A stretch of DNA of 61,570 nucleotides, taken from IMG/VR virus record IMGVR_UViG_3300022561_000002. The stretch is one strand, 5' to 3'. Position numbers and translations under genes: made by a program. Of the stretch, positions 42,030 through 50,423 are shown piece after piece. The notes under the pieces are model-generated. The model was not told where the DNA came from and did not search any database. It saw nothing but the letters and a program-made list of their open reading frames with translations. Positions within the stretch are counted from its first letter, which is position 1. Every line of letters starts with the position of its first letter. This DNA is from a virus. Lineage: Duplodnaviria > Heunggongvirae > Uroviricota > Caudoviricetes.

Positions 42030-43030
42030 TATATGGAATAATTTTTTATGATAGCATAGATGGAGAAATGCTTTATAATACTAGTTGTATAGATTATAAT
42101 AATATAGAAAAAATTATAGATAATTGTTATGAATATCTAAATATAGAATATAAAAGCATTAAAAATATTTTATATAAATTATATGATTATAATTTATACA
42201 AAGACAATTTTGAAAAACATCAAAGTGTTAGAGTTACATCAGATGGAGAAATATTTTTTTCAGATAAAGAAATAAAATATAGAATTGGTCTTAAACATAG
42301 CATGACAGATAGATGGTATCCACTATTCGAAGAAATGTCAGGCATTTATAATAAAGAAAATCAAGTTATAAGTCTTGAAATATTAACATATTACTACAAT
42401 GATTTTATTAATTATAATCTTAAAAATATTTGTAAAATAGTGCCGTTTCATTTTTTACACCCTAATGAAATGTTTAGATCTAATGAAAATAATGAGAAAG
42501 CGTTAGTAAGATGGGGCGAAGACTTAATACCAACGTTAGTTGAAATGTGTGAAGAGCTTAATATAAATAACTGTATATTTCCATTTCAGGTTAGAAAAAA
42601 GAATGATAGCTTTTTGATATTAGATGGTTCTCATAAATTAATAGCAATGAAGGAATTAATTAAAAACGATTCTTTTAAAATAGATAGAAAGATTCTTTCA
42701 ATTGAATTTAATAGTGTTAATCCTACTTCTATTGATAATAACACTATTAATTGTAAATTAGATAACCCAATTACTATGCATATACCTAAATTATTATTAA
42801 ATAAATATCATTTTATAAACTATCTAACTATGCAAGATTTTGATGATAATATTATGGAAGTTACTGTAGATAGATATATTGAAATGGTTACTTTATTTAG
42901 AGTTTATATATTAGAATTAACTATTCCTATAAGAAGATATAAAATAATAACAGGAAAGACATTAAGTCCGTTTGATTTTATAGAGGATGAATACAAATTT
43001 AAGATATGGATGGAAGACGATAATGAATAA
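42026..43030 (+). CDS. ParB/Srx-fold protein, paralogue 2
   Basis: CIFPFQV...LDGSHKLIAM. Confidence 0.65.
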   Translation: MIYGIIFYDSIDGEMLYNTSCIDYNNIEKIIDNCYEYLNIEYKSIKNILYKLYDYNLYKDNFEKHQSVRVTSDGEIFFSDKEIKYRIGLKHSMTDRWYPLFEEMSGIYNKENQVISLEILTYYYNDFINYNLKNICKIVPFHFLHPNEMFRSNENNEKALVRWGEDLIPTLVEMCEELNINNCIFPFQVRKKNDSFLILDGSHKLIAMKELIKNDSFKIDRKILSIEFNSVNPTSIDNNTINCKLDNPITMHIPKLLLNKYHFINYLTMQDFDDNIMEVTVDRYIEMVTLFRVYILELTIPIRRYKIITGKTLSPFDFIEDEYKFKIWMEDDNE

Positions 43031-43766
43031 AATTCAAAAAAGACTAATAGAAAACTGGTCTGACCTTCAACTTAATATATGGCAAAACATACAAAATGAT
43101 TATACTAGAAAAATAATTGTAGATAAAACATATATTATTACTAATCTTTATAAAGAACAAAAGATTATTTTAGATAATTATATTGATTATAAATTTATTA
43201 AAGAATTTTATAATTATTTCATAGATAATATTAAAATAATAATGGGAAATTATTTATATGAATATATATACCCACAAGATACTAGGATCATAGATGTAAA
43301 AGGCGGCATATCTTTTAATGGATTTTCATTTTCTTTATCCTCAATGTGTGAAAGTATTTTAAAAAATGGATTATATATACCTTTAATATGCGATAGACAA
43401 AGCAATGACACACTAGCTATTGTTGGAGGAAGACATAGAATAATTGCTCTAAAAGAAATATATAATAAAAGAAAATTTTTATGTCTTATGTTTAATGAAA
43501 GACAATCTGATATAAAATGTGAGTTCACGTTACCAACTATATTATTAGAAAAATATTTTAATAATTATGATATTATATATTGTAAAATAGATAAATATTT
43601 TTCTATAGTATATATTGATAATCCAGTGGATTTATGGATTTTATTTAAATTACAAGAAAAGGAACTTGATTTAATATTTGAAATGTATTCAGAGCAATTA
43701 TATGAAAACAATATATTTGGTTCTGAATTACTTTTTAAAAAAGGAGAAGAGGTATGTTATGAATGA
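43023..43766 (+). CDS. ParB/Srx-fold protein, paralogue 3
   Basis: SILKNGLYIPLIC...VGGRHRIIAL. Confidence 0.72.
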   Translation: MNKIQKRLIENWSDLQLNIWQNIQNDYTRKIIVDKTYIITNLYKEQKIILDNYIDYKFIKEFYNYFIDNIKIIMGNYLYEYIYPQDTRIIDVKGGISFNGFSFSLSSMCESILKNGLYIPLICDRQSNDTLAIVGGRHRIIALKEIYNKRKFLCLMFNERQSDIKCEFTLPTILLEKYFNNYDIIYCKIDKYFSIVYIDNPVDLWILFKLQEKELDLIFEMYSEQLYENNIFGSELLFKKGEEVCYE

Positions 43767-45030
43767 ACTAAAGCCATTAGGAAAATTTAATTATGCAAAA
43801 ATGAACGGGAGTATGCCTTTAAGAGAAAAGGTTATTTATTTAGAATCGTATTTATCATCAAGAAAAATATTCTCTAAATATTACCTAGATGAATATAGTT
43901 TAGAGAAAAGAAATAAAAAACATGATTGGATTGAAAAATATTTTAGTAAAGTAATATCTTTAGAAGGAATTAATATGGTAGAGTCTACCACAAACGAAAT
44001 AAAAGGAGATATTGTAGATTTAAGTAATATTAAAAAAGGTGTACTATCGGAGATAATGTATATTGGAGATAAATTGAGGTGTAAATTTTTATATCTTGAA
44101 AATGATGGTTCTATTGAAATGATGACATTATTTTTAACAGAAGAAGAATGTGATGAAATGAGAATATTAAGTGAAGATTTAGACTATTTATTTTATGAAG
44201 AAAGTTTATCTCTTGGGGATGACGTTATTAGCAATCCAAATATTATAGTTGAAAAAATAAGAAATAAAAAAGATAGAAATTATGTTACTACAAAATTTGA
44301 AGGCGATTGGACAGAAGAACAAAAAGATACTTGGGAAATAATAAAGCAAATTAGTCCCAGAGTCCGCATTGATGGAAAAGTTCATATTAATGCAGTTTTA
44401 TATTCTACCGGATATTTATTTCATAATGATAAAAGTTTGAGAATGGACTTTATTAATGAATTTGTTAATGCTTTTTATTCTAATGTAAAAAATATGACAA
44501 AGGCTTTTGATTATGATTATTTGCAATTTTCAGAAATTCAGGATAAACTTCAGGATTTAAGGAACGGCGCAGGCTTTGATGGATTTTCTTTTACTTTAGA
44601 TTCATTAAAAAACGATATATATACAAATGGTTTATTTTTCCCAATGTATGCCTATATAAATAAAGAGCCTGGTAAGTATGTTATCTGCGGCGGCAGGCAT
44701 CGACTTATCGCTATTAATCAATTAGTAGAAGAAGGACTATGGAAAGATAGAAAAATCCTATGTATGTTTTGGGATTCTCGTAAACAATTTGATAGTATAG
44801 ATTTAATTATTCCAAATATAATTATAGAAAAAATGTTATATAAATTAAATATTGATATAAAACCATATTCAAGTGGATTTTCAACTGTAGGAGTTAAAAA
44901 CATTATTGACTTTTGGATTGTTATGCGTGTATTTGAAAAAGAAATGGACTTTTTAATAGAAAAATATGAAGATGAATTACTTAGTTATGGTATAAAGGCA
45001 TCTAAATTTATTAACCCTTGGATGGTGTAG
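43759..45030 (+). CDS. ParB/Srx-fold protein, paralogue 4 (extra N-terminal domain)
   Basis: DIYTNGLFFPMYA...CGGRHRLIAI. Confidence 0.72.
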   Translation: MNELKPLGKFNYAKMNGSMPLREKVIYLESYLSSRKIFSKYYLDEYSLEKRNKKHDWIEKYFSKVISLEGINMVESTTNEIKGDIVDLSNIKKGVLSEIMYIGDKLRCKFLYLENDGSIEMMTLFLTEEECDEMRILSEDLDYLFYEESLSLGDDVISNPNIIVEKIRNKKDRNYVTTKFEGDWTEEQKDTWEIIKQISPRVRIDGKVHINAVLYSTGYLFHNDKSLRMDFINEFVNAFYSNVKNMTKAFDYDYLQFSEIQDKLQDLRNGAGFDGFSFTLDSLKNDIYTNGLFFPMYAYINKEPGKYVICGGRHRLIAINQLVEEGLWKDRKILCMFWDSRKQFDSIDLIIPNIIIEKMLYKLNIDIKPYSSGFSTVGVKNIIDFWIVMRVFEKEMDFLIEKYEDELLSYGIKASKFINPWMV

Positions 45031-45031
45031 T

Positions 45032-45754
45032 ATGGATGATATAGCTTTCTCAGAGATACAAAAAAAATATTTAAAAATTAAGAAATCAAAATACCATGAA
45101 ACAAATGGTAAGCAAAATAATAATAGTATTTTAAATTATAATCCACAAAAAAACTTTAATGAAATTATACTTTTATATAATATCTTTATTGATAATTTAA
45201 AATCAATGATAGATAGTAAATCTTTTGATGGTGGATACTGCGGAAAAGAGTTTTTAAAAAAACAAATTAGAGATTCAAAAGAAGAAATTGATTTTAATAA
45301 ATTCTTTATTCCATATGCGGAATTAGAGTATATTGTATATAATACTGGATGCTATCTACCAATGGTAGTATTTAAAACAGAAGAAAAATATAATATAATG
45401 GAATGTTTACATAGCAGGTATCCATCTACTATGTTGCAAATATTATTTTCAGAAAATAAAATAGATAATAGAAGTATATTTTATATAGAGAAAAGTTTTA
45501 TTAAAAAAAATAGTGAATGTAATTTGAAAATTCCAAAACAACTTTATGATGAGGTTATTATTAATTTAGAATTAGAAGTAATAGAAACACAATCAAATTT
45601 TTTAACAATAAAAACAAAAGATAATATGGACGCATGGTTAATATTTAAATTAATTCACAAAGAAGTAAGTTGGGTAACAGGCAAATATGGGTTTGAGTTA
45701 TACAATATGGGAATGAAGCCATCTAATTTTATAAATATAGAGGAGAATAATTAA
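45032..45754 (+). CDS. ParB/Srx-fold protein, paralogue 5 (degenerate motif)
   Basis: NTGCYLPMVV...ECLHSRY; shares C-terminal motifs with paralogues 3 and 4. Confidence 0.55.
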   Translation: MDDIAFSEIQKKYLKIKKSKYHETNGKQNNNSILNYNPQKNFNEIILLYNIFIDNLKSMIDSKSFDGGYCGKEFLKKQIRDSKEEIDFNKFFIPYAELEYIVYNTGCYLPMVVFKTEEKYNIMECLHSRYPSTMLQILFSENKIDNRSIFYIEKSFIKKNSECNLKIPKQLYDEVIINLELEVIETQSNFLTIKTKDNMDAWLIFKLIHKEVSWVTGKYGFELYNMGMKPSNFINIEENN

Positions 45755-45755
45755 A

Positions 45756-46457
45756 ATGATATATAATAAAAATACTGTTATTGCCGAGTTAGCTGGTAAA
45801 GATAGTATAGTAGCTATAATAAAATACGCAAAGGAAAATAAAGATAGTTATATTCTTCCTACAATTATTAAAGTTCCTTCTGAGGAAAGTAGACACCAAG
45901 AGCTTTTTTCATTTTATGAACAATTACAAAATTATATTACAACTCTTGGGTCACATATGTATACACCTTTATTTTTAGATGAATCTACTTATTGGTGGAG
46001 TCTTAATCAACCAATCGCAAGTATGATAAAAGAATATAATTTCTATAGTCCATGTATTGCGTGTCATGGATTATTACACTCTATAAGGATTCCTTTGGCT
46101 CAGGTCTATAGTGGTAAAATACTAACTGGAGAAAAGCTTTTACATAATGGGAAAATAAAAATAAACCAAAATAGCATAGTTCTTGATATTTTTGATGATT
46201 TATTTAAGAAATATAATATTGAAGTTATTAGGCCGATAGATGATGATGCGAATGAAATTATAGATGAATTTTATAATCAATATAATATAGAGGAAGTAAA
46301 ATATATAAAATGTTATATGAGTGGAAATTCAAACGTTAATCACATAAATGATTTAAAAGAATATAATATAAATAAATATTGTTATGAATACCTTATACCT
46401 AAACTAGATAATATTATTAAAGAGATAAAAGAGGAGGGTAATATATATGACAAGTGA
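45756..46457 (+). CDS. PP-loop (adenine nucleotide alpha hydrolase-like) protein
   Basis: VIAELAGKDS (SGGxDS-like), PCIACH, ILTGE, KINQ, CYMSGN. Confidence 0.6.
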   Translation: MIYNKNTVIAELAGKDSIVAIIKYAKENKDSYILPTIIKVPSEESRHQELFSFYEQLQNYITTLGSHMYTPLFLDESTYWWSLNQPIASMIKEYNFYSPCIACHGLLHSIRIPLAQVYSGKILTGEKLLHNGKIKINQNSIVLDIFDDLFKKYNIEVIRPIDDDANEIIDEFYNQYNIEEVKYIKCYMSGNSNVNHINDLKEYNINKYCYEYLIPKLDNIIKEIKEEGNIYDK

Positions 46458-47310
46458 AAATTGCGATTATATAGAAAGACAAAAAGACTTAAATAAAAAT
46501 GGGAAAAGATTATATGGTAAAAAAATGTTACAAAGCCATGTTCCATATAATATTTGGAACGAGGAAACAGATACTTTTGATTTAGATAAAATACTTAAAA
46601 TATATGAATGCTTTAAGTATAATATGATTTTACTATCTGAAGATTTTATACCACACTGGATTGAACCAGAAGGGTTATTATATACAACAAAATCTTTGAT
46701 TTGGGATTGGACTGATGAAAGTGAGTTAAATAAAACTGCTGATAGTATAGAAAAATATGGACTTTACTTTCCAATATTTGTCTTACCTAAAGGTATGTTA
46801 CATAATCAGATATGCGATTTAGAAGAAGAAGCTAGATTAAAAAATTTGAATATATATAATTCATATAATGGAAATCATAGGATAGATGCAATACAGTTTT
46901 TAAAAGAAAACAATAGATTCAATAAAAAAATACTTGTTTATGAGATTCCTCCATATTGTCAAAAATCATGTACTGGATTTAAATATACATTTATAGATCA
47001 TAATGAACCAAATGAATTGACCGACTATAAACTTAAAACAGGAGTTAGACTATACCATCTATCTTATTTAGAAGATGAAATGAAAATGTCTAATTTAGAG
47101 TTTTGTAAAAATATAGAAGATGGAATAGTCCAAGTTCGTGTTGATAATTACAATACTGCATTTAGGATATTAACAGAAATGCAGAATGCGCTAGAGGCAC
47201 CATTAACTAGATATTTTGAATTGTATAATAAATTACCAGACGGCTTAGATAATTCTTTTTTTAATAACTATGAGATATGGAAAAAGGAAGTGGTTAAATA
47301 TGACTGGTGA
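46447..47310 (+). CDS. ParB/Srx-fold protein, paralogue 6
   Basis: SIEKYGLYFPIFV...NGNHRIDAI. Confidence 0.72.
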   Translation: MTSENCDYIERQKDLNKNGKRLYGKKMLQSHVPYNIWNEETDTFDLDKILKIYECFKYNMILLSEDFIPHWIEPEGLLYTTKSLIWDWTDESELNKTADSIEKYGLYFPIFVLPKGMLHNQICDLEEEARLKNLNIYNSYNGNHRIDAIQFLKENNRFNKKILVYEIPPYCQKSCTGFKYTFIDHNEPNELTDYKLKTGVRLYHLSYLEDEMKMSNLEFCKNIEDGIVQVRVDNYNTAFRILTEMQNALEAPLTRYFELYNKLPDGLDNSFFNNYEIWKKEVVKYDW

Positions 47311-47485
47311 GGAAATTATTCAGTTGGGTAAAGCTTGTAAATCAATACATTTTGAAATACCTTTATGCGTTGACTGGGAAACCCGAAAATACTGTGATAG
47401 AAAATTATGTTGTACGGTGTGTCCTCAACTATATGGATGCGATATTGTTTGTGATGAATTGGCAAAAATTTTATATAAAATATAA
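47300..47485 (+). CDS. Cys-rich peptide (61 aa, 8 Cys)
   Basis: Start overlaps the upstream gene end; MTGEEII...YCDRKLCCTVCPQLYGCDIVC. Confidence 0.7.
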   Translation: MTGEEIIQLGKACKSIHFEIPLCVDWETRKYCDRKLCCTVCPQLYGCDIVCDELAKILYKI

Positions 47486-47486
47486 T

Positions 47487-47515
47487 TTGACTAATACTTA
47501 AATATATGATATAAT
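47487..47515 (+). promoter_or_regulatory. Internal sigmaA promoter
   Basis: TTGACT-17 nt-TATAAT with TG extension. Confidence 0.85.
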
Positions 47516-47553
47516 AAAAATATGATATCACAAGTATAGATAAAAGGAGAAAC

Positions 47554-48369
47554 ATGATAAACAATTTAAGATTAGTTGAAATAGAGCTTTTTTCATATTG
47601 CAATAGACAATGCGGATGGTGCCCTAATAATACCATAGATAGACTTTCGTTTAATAAGTTTATTGATACAAAAGTTTTATTACATCTTTTAAAAGAATTA
47701 AAAGAAAATAATTATGATGGAGCAATAACCTTTTCTAGATATAATGAACCTATGTCGCACATAAAACAATTTAAAGATTTTTTATATGAAATAAAAAATG
47801 AACTTCCTAATAATAAACTAATAACAAATACAAACGGGGATTTTATTTCTAAAGAAAATTTAATGGGCTTAATGTTAGATGAATTAACCATAATGGACTA
47901 TGATGGATTAGGAATAGATGGTTGTATAGAGGTATTAAATAAAGCAAATGTAATTATTGATGATGTGAAATATCCTTATATATATGGACATTTTGACTCT
48001 ATAGAAATATTATATTTTGTTGATTGGCAAAAAAATAGAAAGATTACTGATAGAGGTGGTTTTCTAAAAAGCTATTCGCAAATATTACGAGATAAGCCGT
48101 GTTTTGAACCAAATTATTTTGTAGGTATTAATTACGATGGAACTGTATCTCCTTGTTGTAATATAAGAAATGATATAGAACAACATAAACCATATATAAT
48201 TGGAGACCTAAATAATAACTCTTTCTCAGAAGTATTATCAAGTTATAAATCTAATTTAATAAAAAAAATATGTAATAACGGGAGTTTTATAAAAGATTCC
48301 CCATGTTATATGTGTGAAAATAGTGGCGGAAGATATACAAGAGGGAATGGGGGCATATCATATGAATAA
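47554..48369 (+). CDS. Radical SAM/SPASM(twitch) protein 2
   Basis: CNRQCGWC; NTNG; CFEP...GTVSPCC...GD...CYMC. Confidence 0.9.
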   Translation: MINNLRLVEIELFSYCNRQCGWCPNNTIDRLSFNKFIDTKVLLHLLKELKENNYDGAITFSRYNEPMSHIKQFKDFLYEIKNELPNNKLITNTNGDFISKENLMGLMLDELTIMDYDGLGIDGCIEVLNKANVIIDDVKYPYIYGHFDSIEILYFVDWQKNRKITDRGGFLKSYSQILRDKPCFEPNYFVGINYDGTVSPCCNIRNDIEQHKPYIIGDLNNNSFSEVLSSYKSNLIKKICNNGSFIKDSPCYMCENSGGRYTRGNGGISYE

Positions 48370-49015
48370 AAAAGTAGGGATATACATTCCCGCAAGGTTA
48401 AACAGTGAAAGACTTCCAAATAAACAAATACTACCAATAGGAGATACTTGTTTATTTGATATTGCATGTAAGAAATTGAACGAACTGCCAACGTATATTA
48501 ATAAGTATGCTTTAATTTATGAAAAAGAATTAATAGATATAGCAAGTAAGTATCCTAATATAAATATAATTCAAAGAAGCGAAGAGACCGCGAAAGCAGA
48601 AACTCCTCTTAATTATATTTTTCAAGATATGAAATACGTAGAGGATACTCATTTAATGTTCTTGAACCCTTGTCTTTTGTTTTTAACGAAAGAAACTATA
48701 TTAAAAGCATTAGATGAATTTATAAATTCTGATAACGATTATGCTACAAGTGTAAAACCATTTCATAATTGGATTTTAGATGAAAGAGGATTATGTCTGA
48801 ATGATATTAATTATAAAGAGTTAACAACTAAAAAAATCGAAGGATTATATCAATTTGCTCATTGTTTCCATATCTTTAATAAAGAAAACTTTTTTAAAGA
48901 CGGATATATGTTAAAATCAATGTTTTTGCCATTAGTTATTGCGGATGAAGAGACTATTGATGTTGATACTTTAGAAGAGTATAAATATGCGAGGTGGAAA
49001 TATGAAAATATATGA
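48362..49015 (+). CDS. neuA: CMP-nonulosonate synthetase-like cytidylyltransferase
   Basis: IPARLNSERLPNK; DVDTLEEY. Confidence 0.82.
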   Translation: MNKKVGIYIPARLNSERLPNKQILPIGDTCLFDIACKKLNELPTYINKYALIYEKELIDIASKYPNINIIQRSEETAKAETPLNYIFQDMKYVEDTHLMFLNPCLLFLTKETILKALDEFINSDNDYATSVKPFHNWILDERGLCLNDINYKELTTKKIEGLYQFAHCFHIFNKENFFKDGYMLKSMFLPLVIADEETIDVDTLEEYKYARWKYENI

Positions 49016-49310
49016 GGTTGATTTAGATGGAACTCTATGTACAAATACGTATGGAAATTATGAGAATGCTCAACCCATCCTCGAGAACATCGAAAAAATT
49101 AATAACCTGTATAGAAATGGTAACATTATTAATATTAATACTGGTCGTGGTAGCACCACTAGTATTGATTGGTATAATTTAACAGAGAAACAATTAAAAT
49201 TATGGGAAATAAAATACCACACTTTAACAGTTGGTAAAAAACCCTATTATGATTATATTATAGATGATAAAGCAATAAATGAGTGCGAGGAGGATTGGGA
49301 ATGTTTATAG
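49002..49310 (+). CDS. Minimal HAD phosphatase (EcbF/BcbF-like)
   Basis: DLDGTLC, TGR, KP, IIDDKA. Confidence 0.82.
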   Translation: MKIYEVDLDGTLCTNTYGNYENAQPILENIEKINNLYRNGNIININTGRGSTTSIDWYNLTEKQLKLWEIKYHTLTVGKKPYYDYIIDDKAINECEEDWECL

Positions 49311-50119
49311 CAGAAATTGGAATAAACCATGGCGGAGATATAAATATAGCTAAAGAATTAATTCTTATGGCTAAGAGGTCTGGCGCAAATGTAGTTAAAT
49401 TTCAGAAACGAAATGTAGAAGAAAATATATTACCACAAGACTTAAATACAACAAGAGAAACCTTAAAGGGAACTCGATCTTATTTAGATTATAAAACAGA
49501 TTTAGAATTTGAAATCTATGCTTATAGAGAGATAGATAAATTCTGTAAGTCTATTAATATGCCATGGACTGTTAGTGTTTGGGATATTACAAGTGTAGAG
49601 TTTATTTCACAATTTGATATCCCTTTTATTAAAGTTCCAAGTGCAAGAATTAATGAATTAGATTTATTAGAAGCTATTAACTCTACTGGTATTCCTGTGG
49701 TATTAAGTACTGGAATGAGTTCAAAAGAAGAAGTCGATAGTGCTATAAATGCTCTTGATAATCTTTCTTGTATAATGCACTGTGAAAGTATATACCCTCC
49801 AAAAGATAATGAATTAAATTTGAATATAATATCTTATTTAAAGGATTGTTATCCCAATATTAAAATTGGATATAGTAGTCATGATACATCAATTTATCCT
49901 ATGTTATGCGCGAGTACTCTAGGGGCAGAAATATTTGAAGCACATATAACATTAAATAAAAATATGATTGGTTCAGATCAAAAATGTAGCTTTGAAGAGA
50001 AGGAGTTAACCGAAATGATTTCTTTAATCAATAAAAGCAAACTATGGTTGGGGAATAAAGAAATTACTTGTTTAGAATCAGAAGAGCCTGCCAAGAAGAA
50101 ACTAAGACGAAAGTCTTAA
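49301..50119 (+). CDS. neuB: N-acetylneuraminate synthase family, lacking the C-terminal SAF domain
   Basis: IAEIGINHGG, VKFQKR, LSTGM, HCESIYP, GYSSHD, EAHITL, GSDQ. Confidence 0.9.
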   Translation: MFIAEIGINHGGDINIAKELILMAKRSGANVVKFQKRNVEENILPQDLNTTRETLKGTRSYLDYKTDLEFEIYAYREIDKFCKSINMPWTVSVWDITSVEFISQFDIPFIKVPSARINELDLLEAINSTGIPVVLSTGMSSKEEVDSAINALDNLSCIMHCESIYPPKDNELNLNIISYLKDCYPNIKIGYSSHDTSIYPMLCASTLGAEIFEAHITLNKNMIGSDQKCSFEEKELTEMISLINKSKLWLGNKEITCLESEEPAKKKLRRKS

Positions 50120-50165
50120 TTCTTCTTTAAAGAATTTTCATTTTCTTATAAAGGAGGTAAATATA

Positions 50166-50411
50166 ATGGCAGTAATAGATACGTTAATAGATGGCAATGA
50201 TGTTGAGCAATATCCGAAAACAGTTACCGCTGCTATTTACGACAAGGACACAAATGAACGATTAGATAATAAATTGGCTAAAACTGTAGAGAATACTATA
50301 GTAGGTCAGAATTTAAAAGTATGGTATGGCACTAGAGTAGAGTATAATGCGATTATAACAAAAGATGTTAGTACGTTATATTTTATTAAAGATGTTATAG
50401 ATCCATTATAA
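50166..50411 (+). CDS. Small tail-fibre-associated protein
   Basis: YPKT and WYGTRVEYNAIITKDVSTLYFI motifs common in fibre proteins. Confidence 0.6.
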   Translation: MAVIDTLIDGNDVEQYPKTVTAAIYDKDTNERLDNKLAKTVENTIVGQNLKVWYGTRVEYNAIITKDVSTLYFIKDVIDPL

Positions 50412-50423
50412 AGGAGGAGTAAT

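Noticed and set aside
40087-47310. ParABS partition system
   Set aside because: No ParA, no HTH, no parS repeats seen; six copies in an enzyme context.
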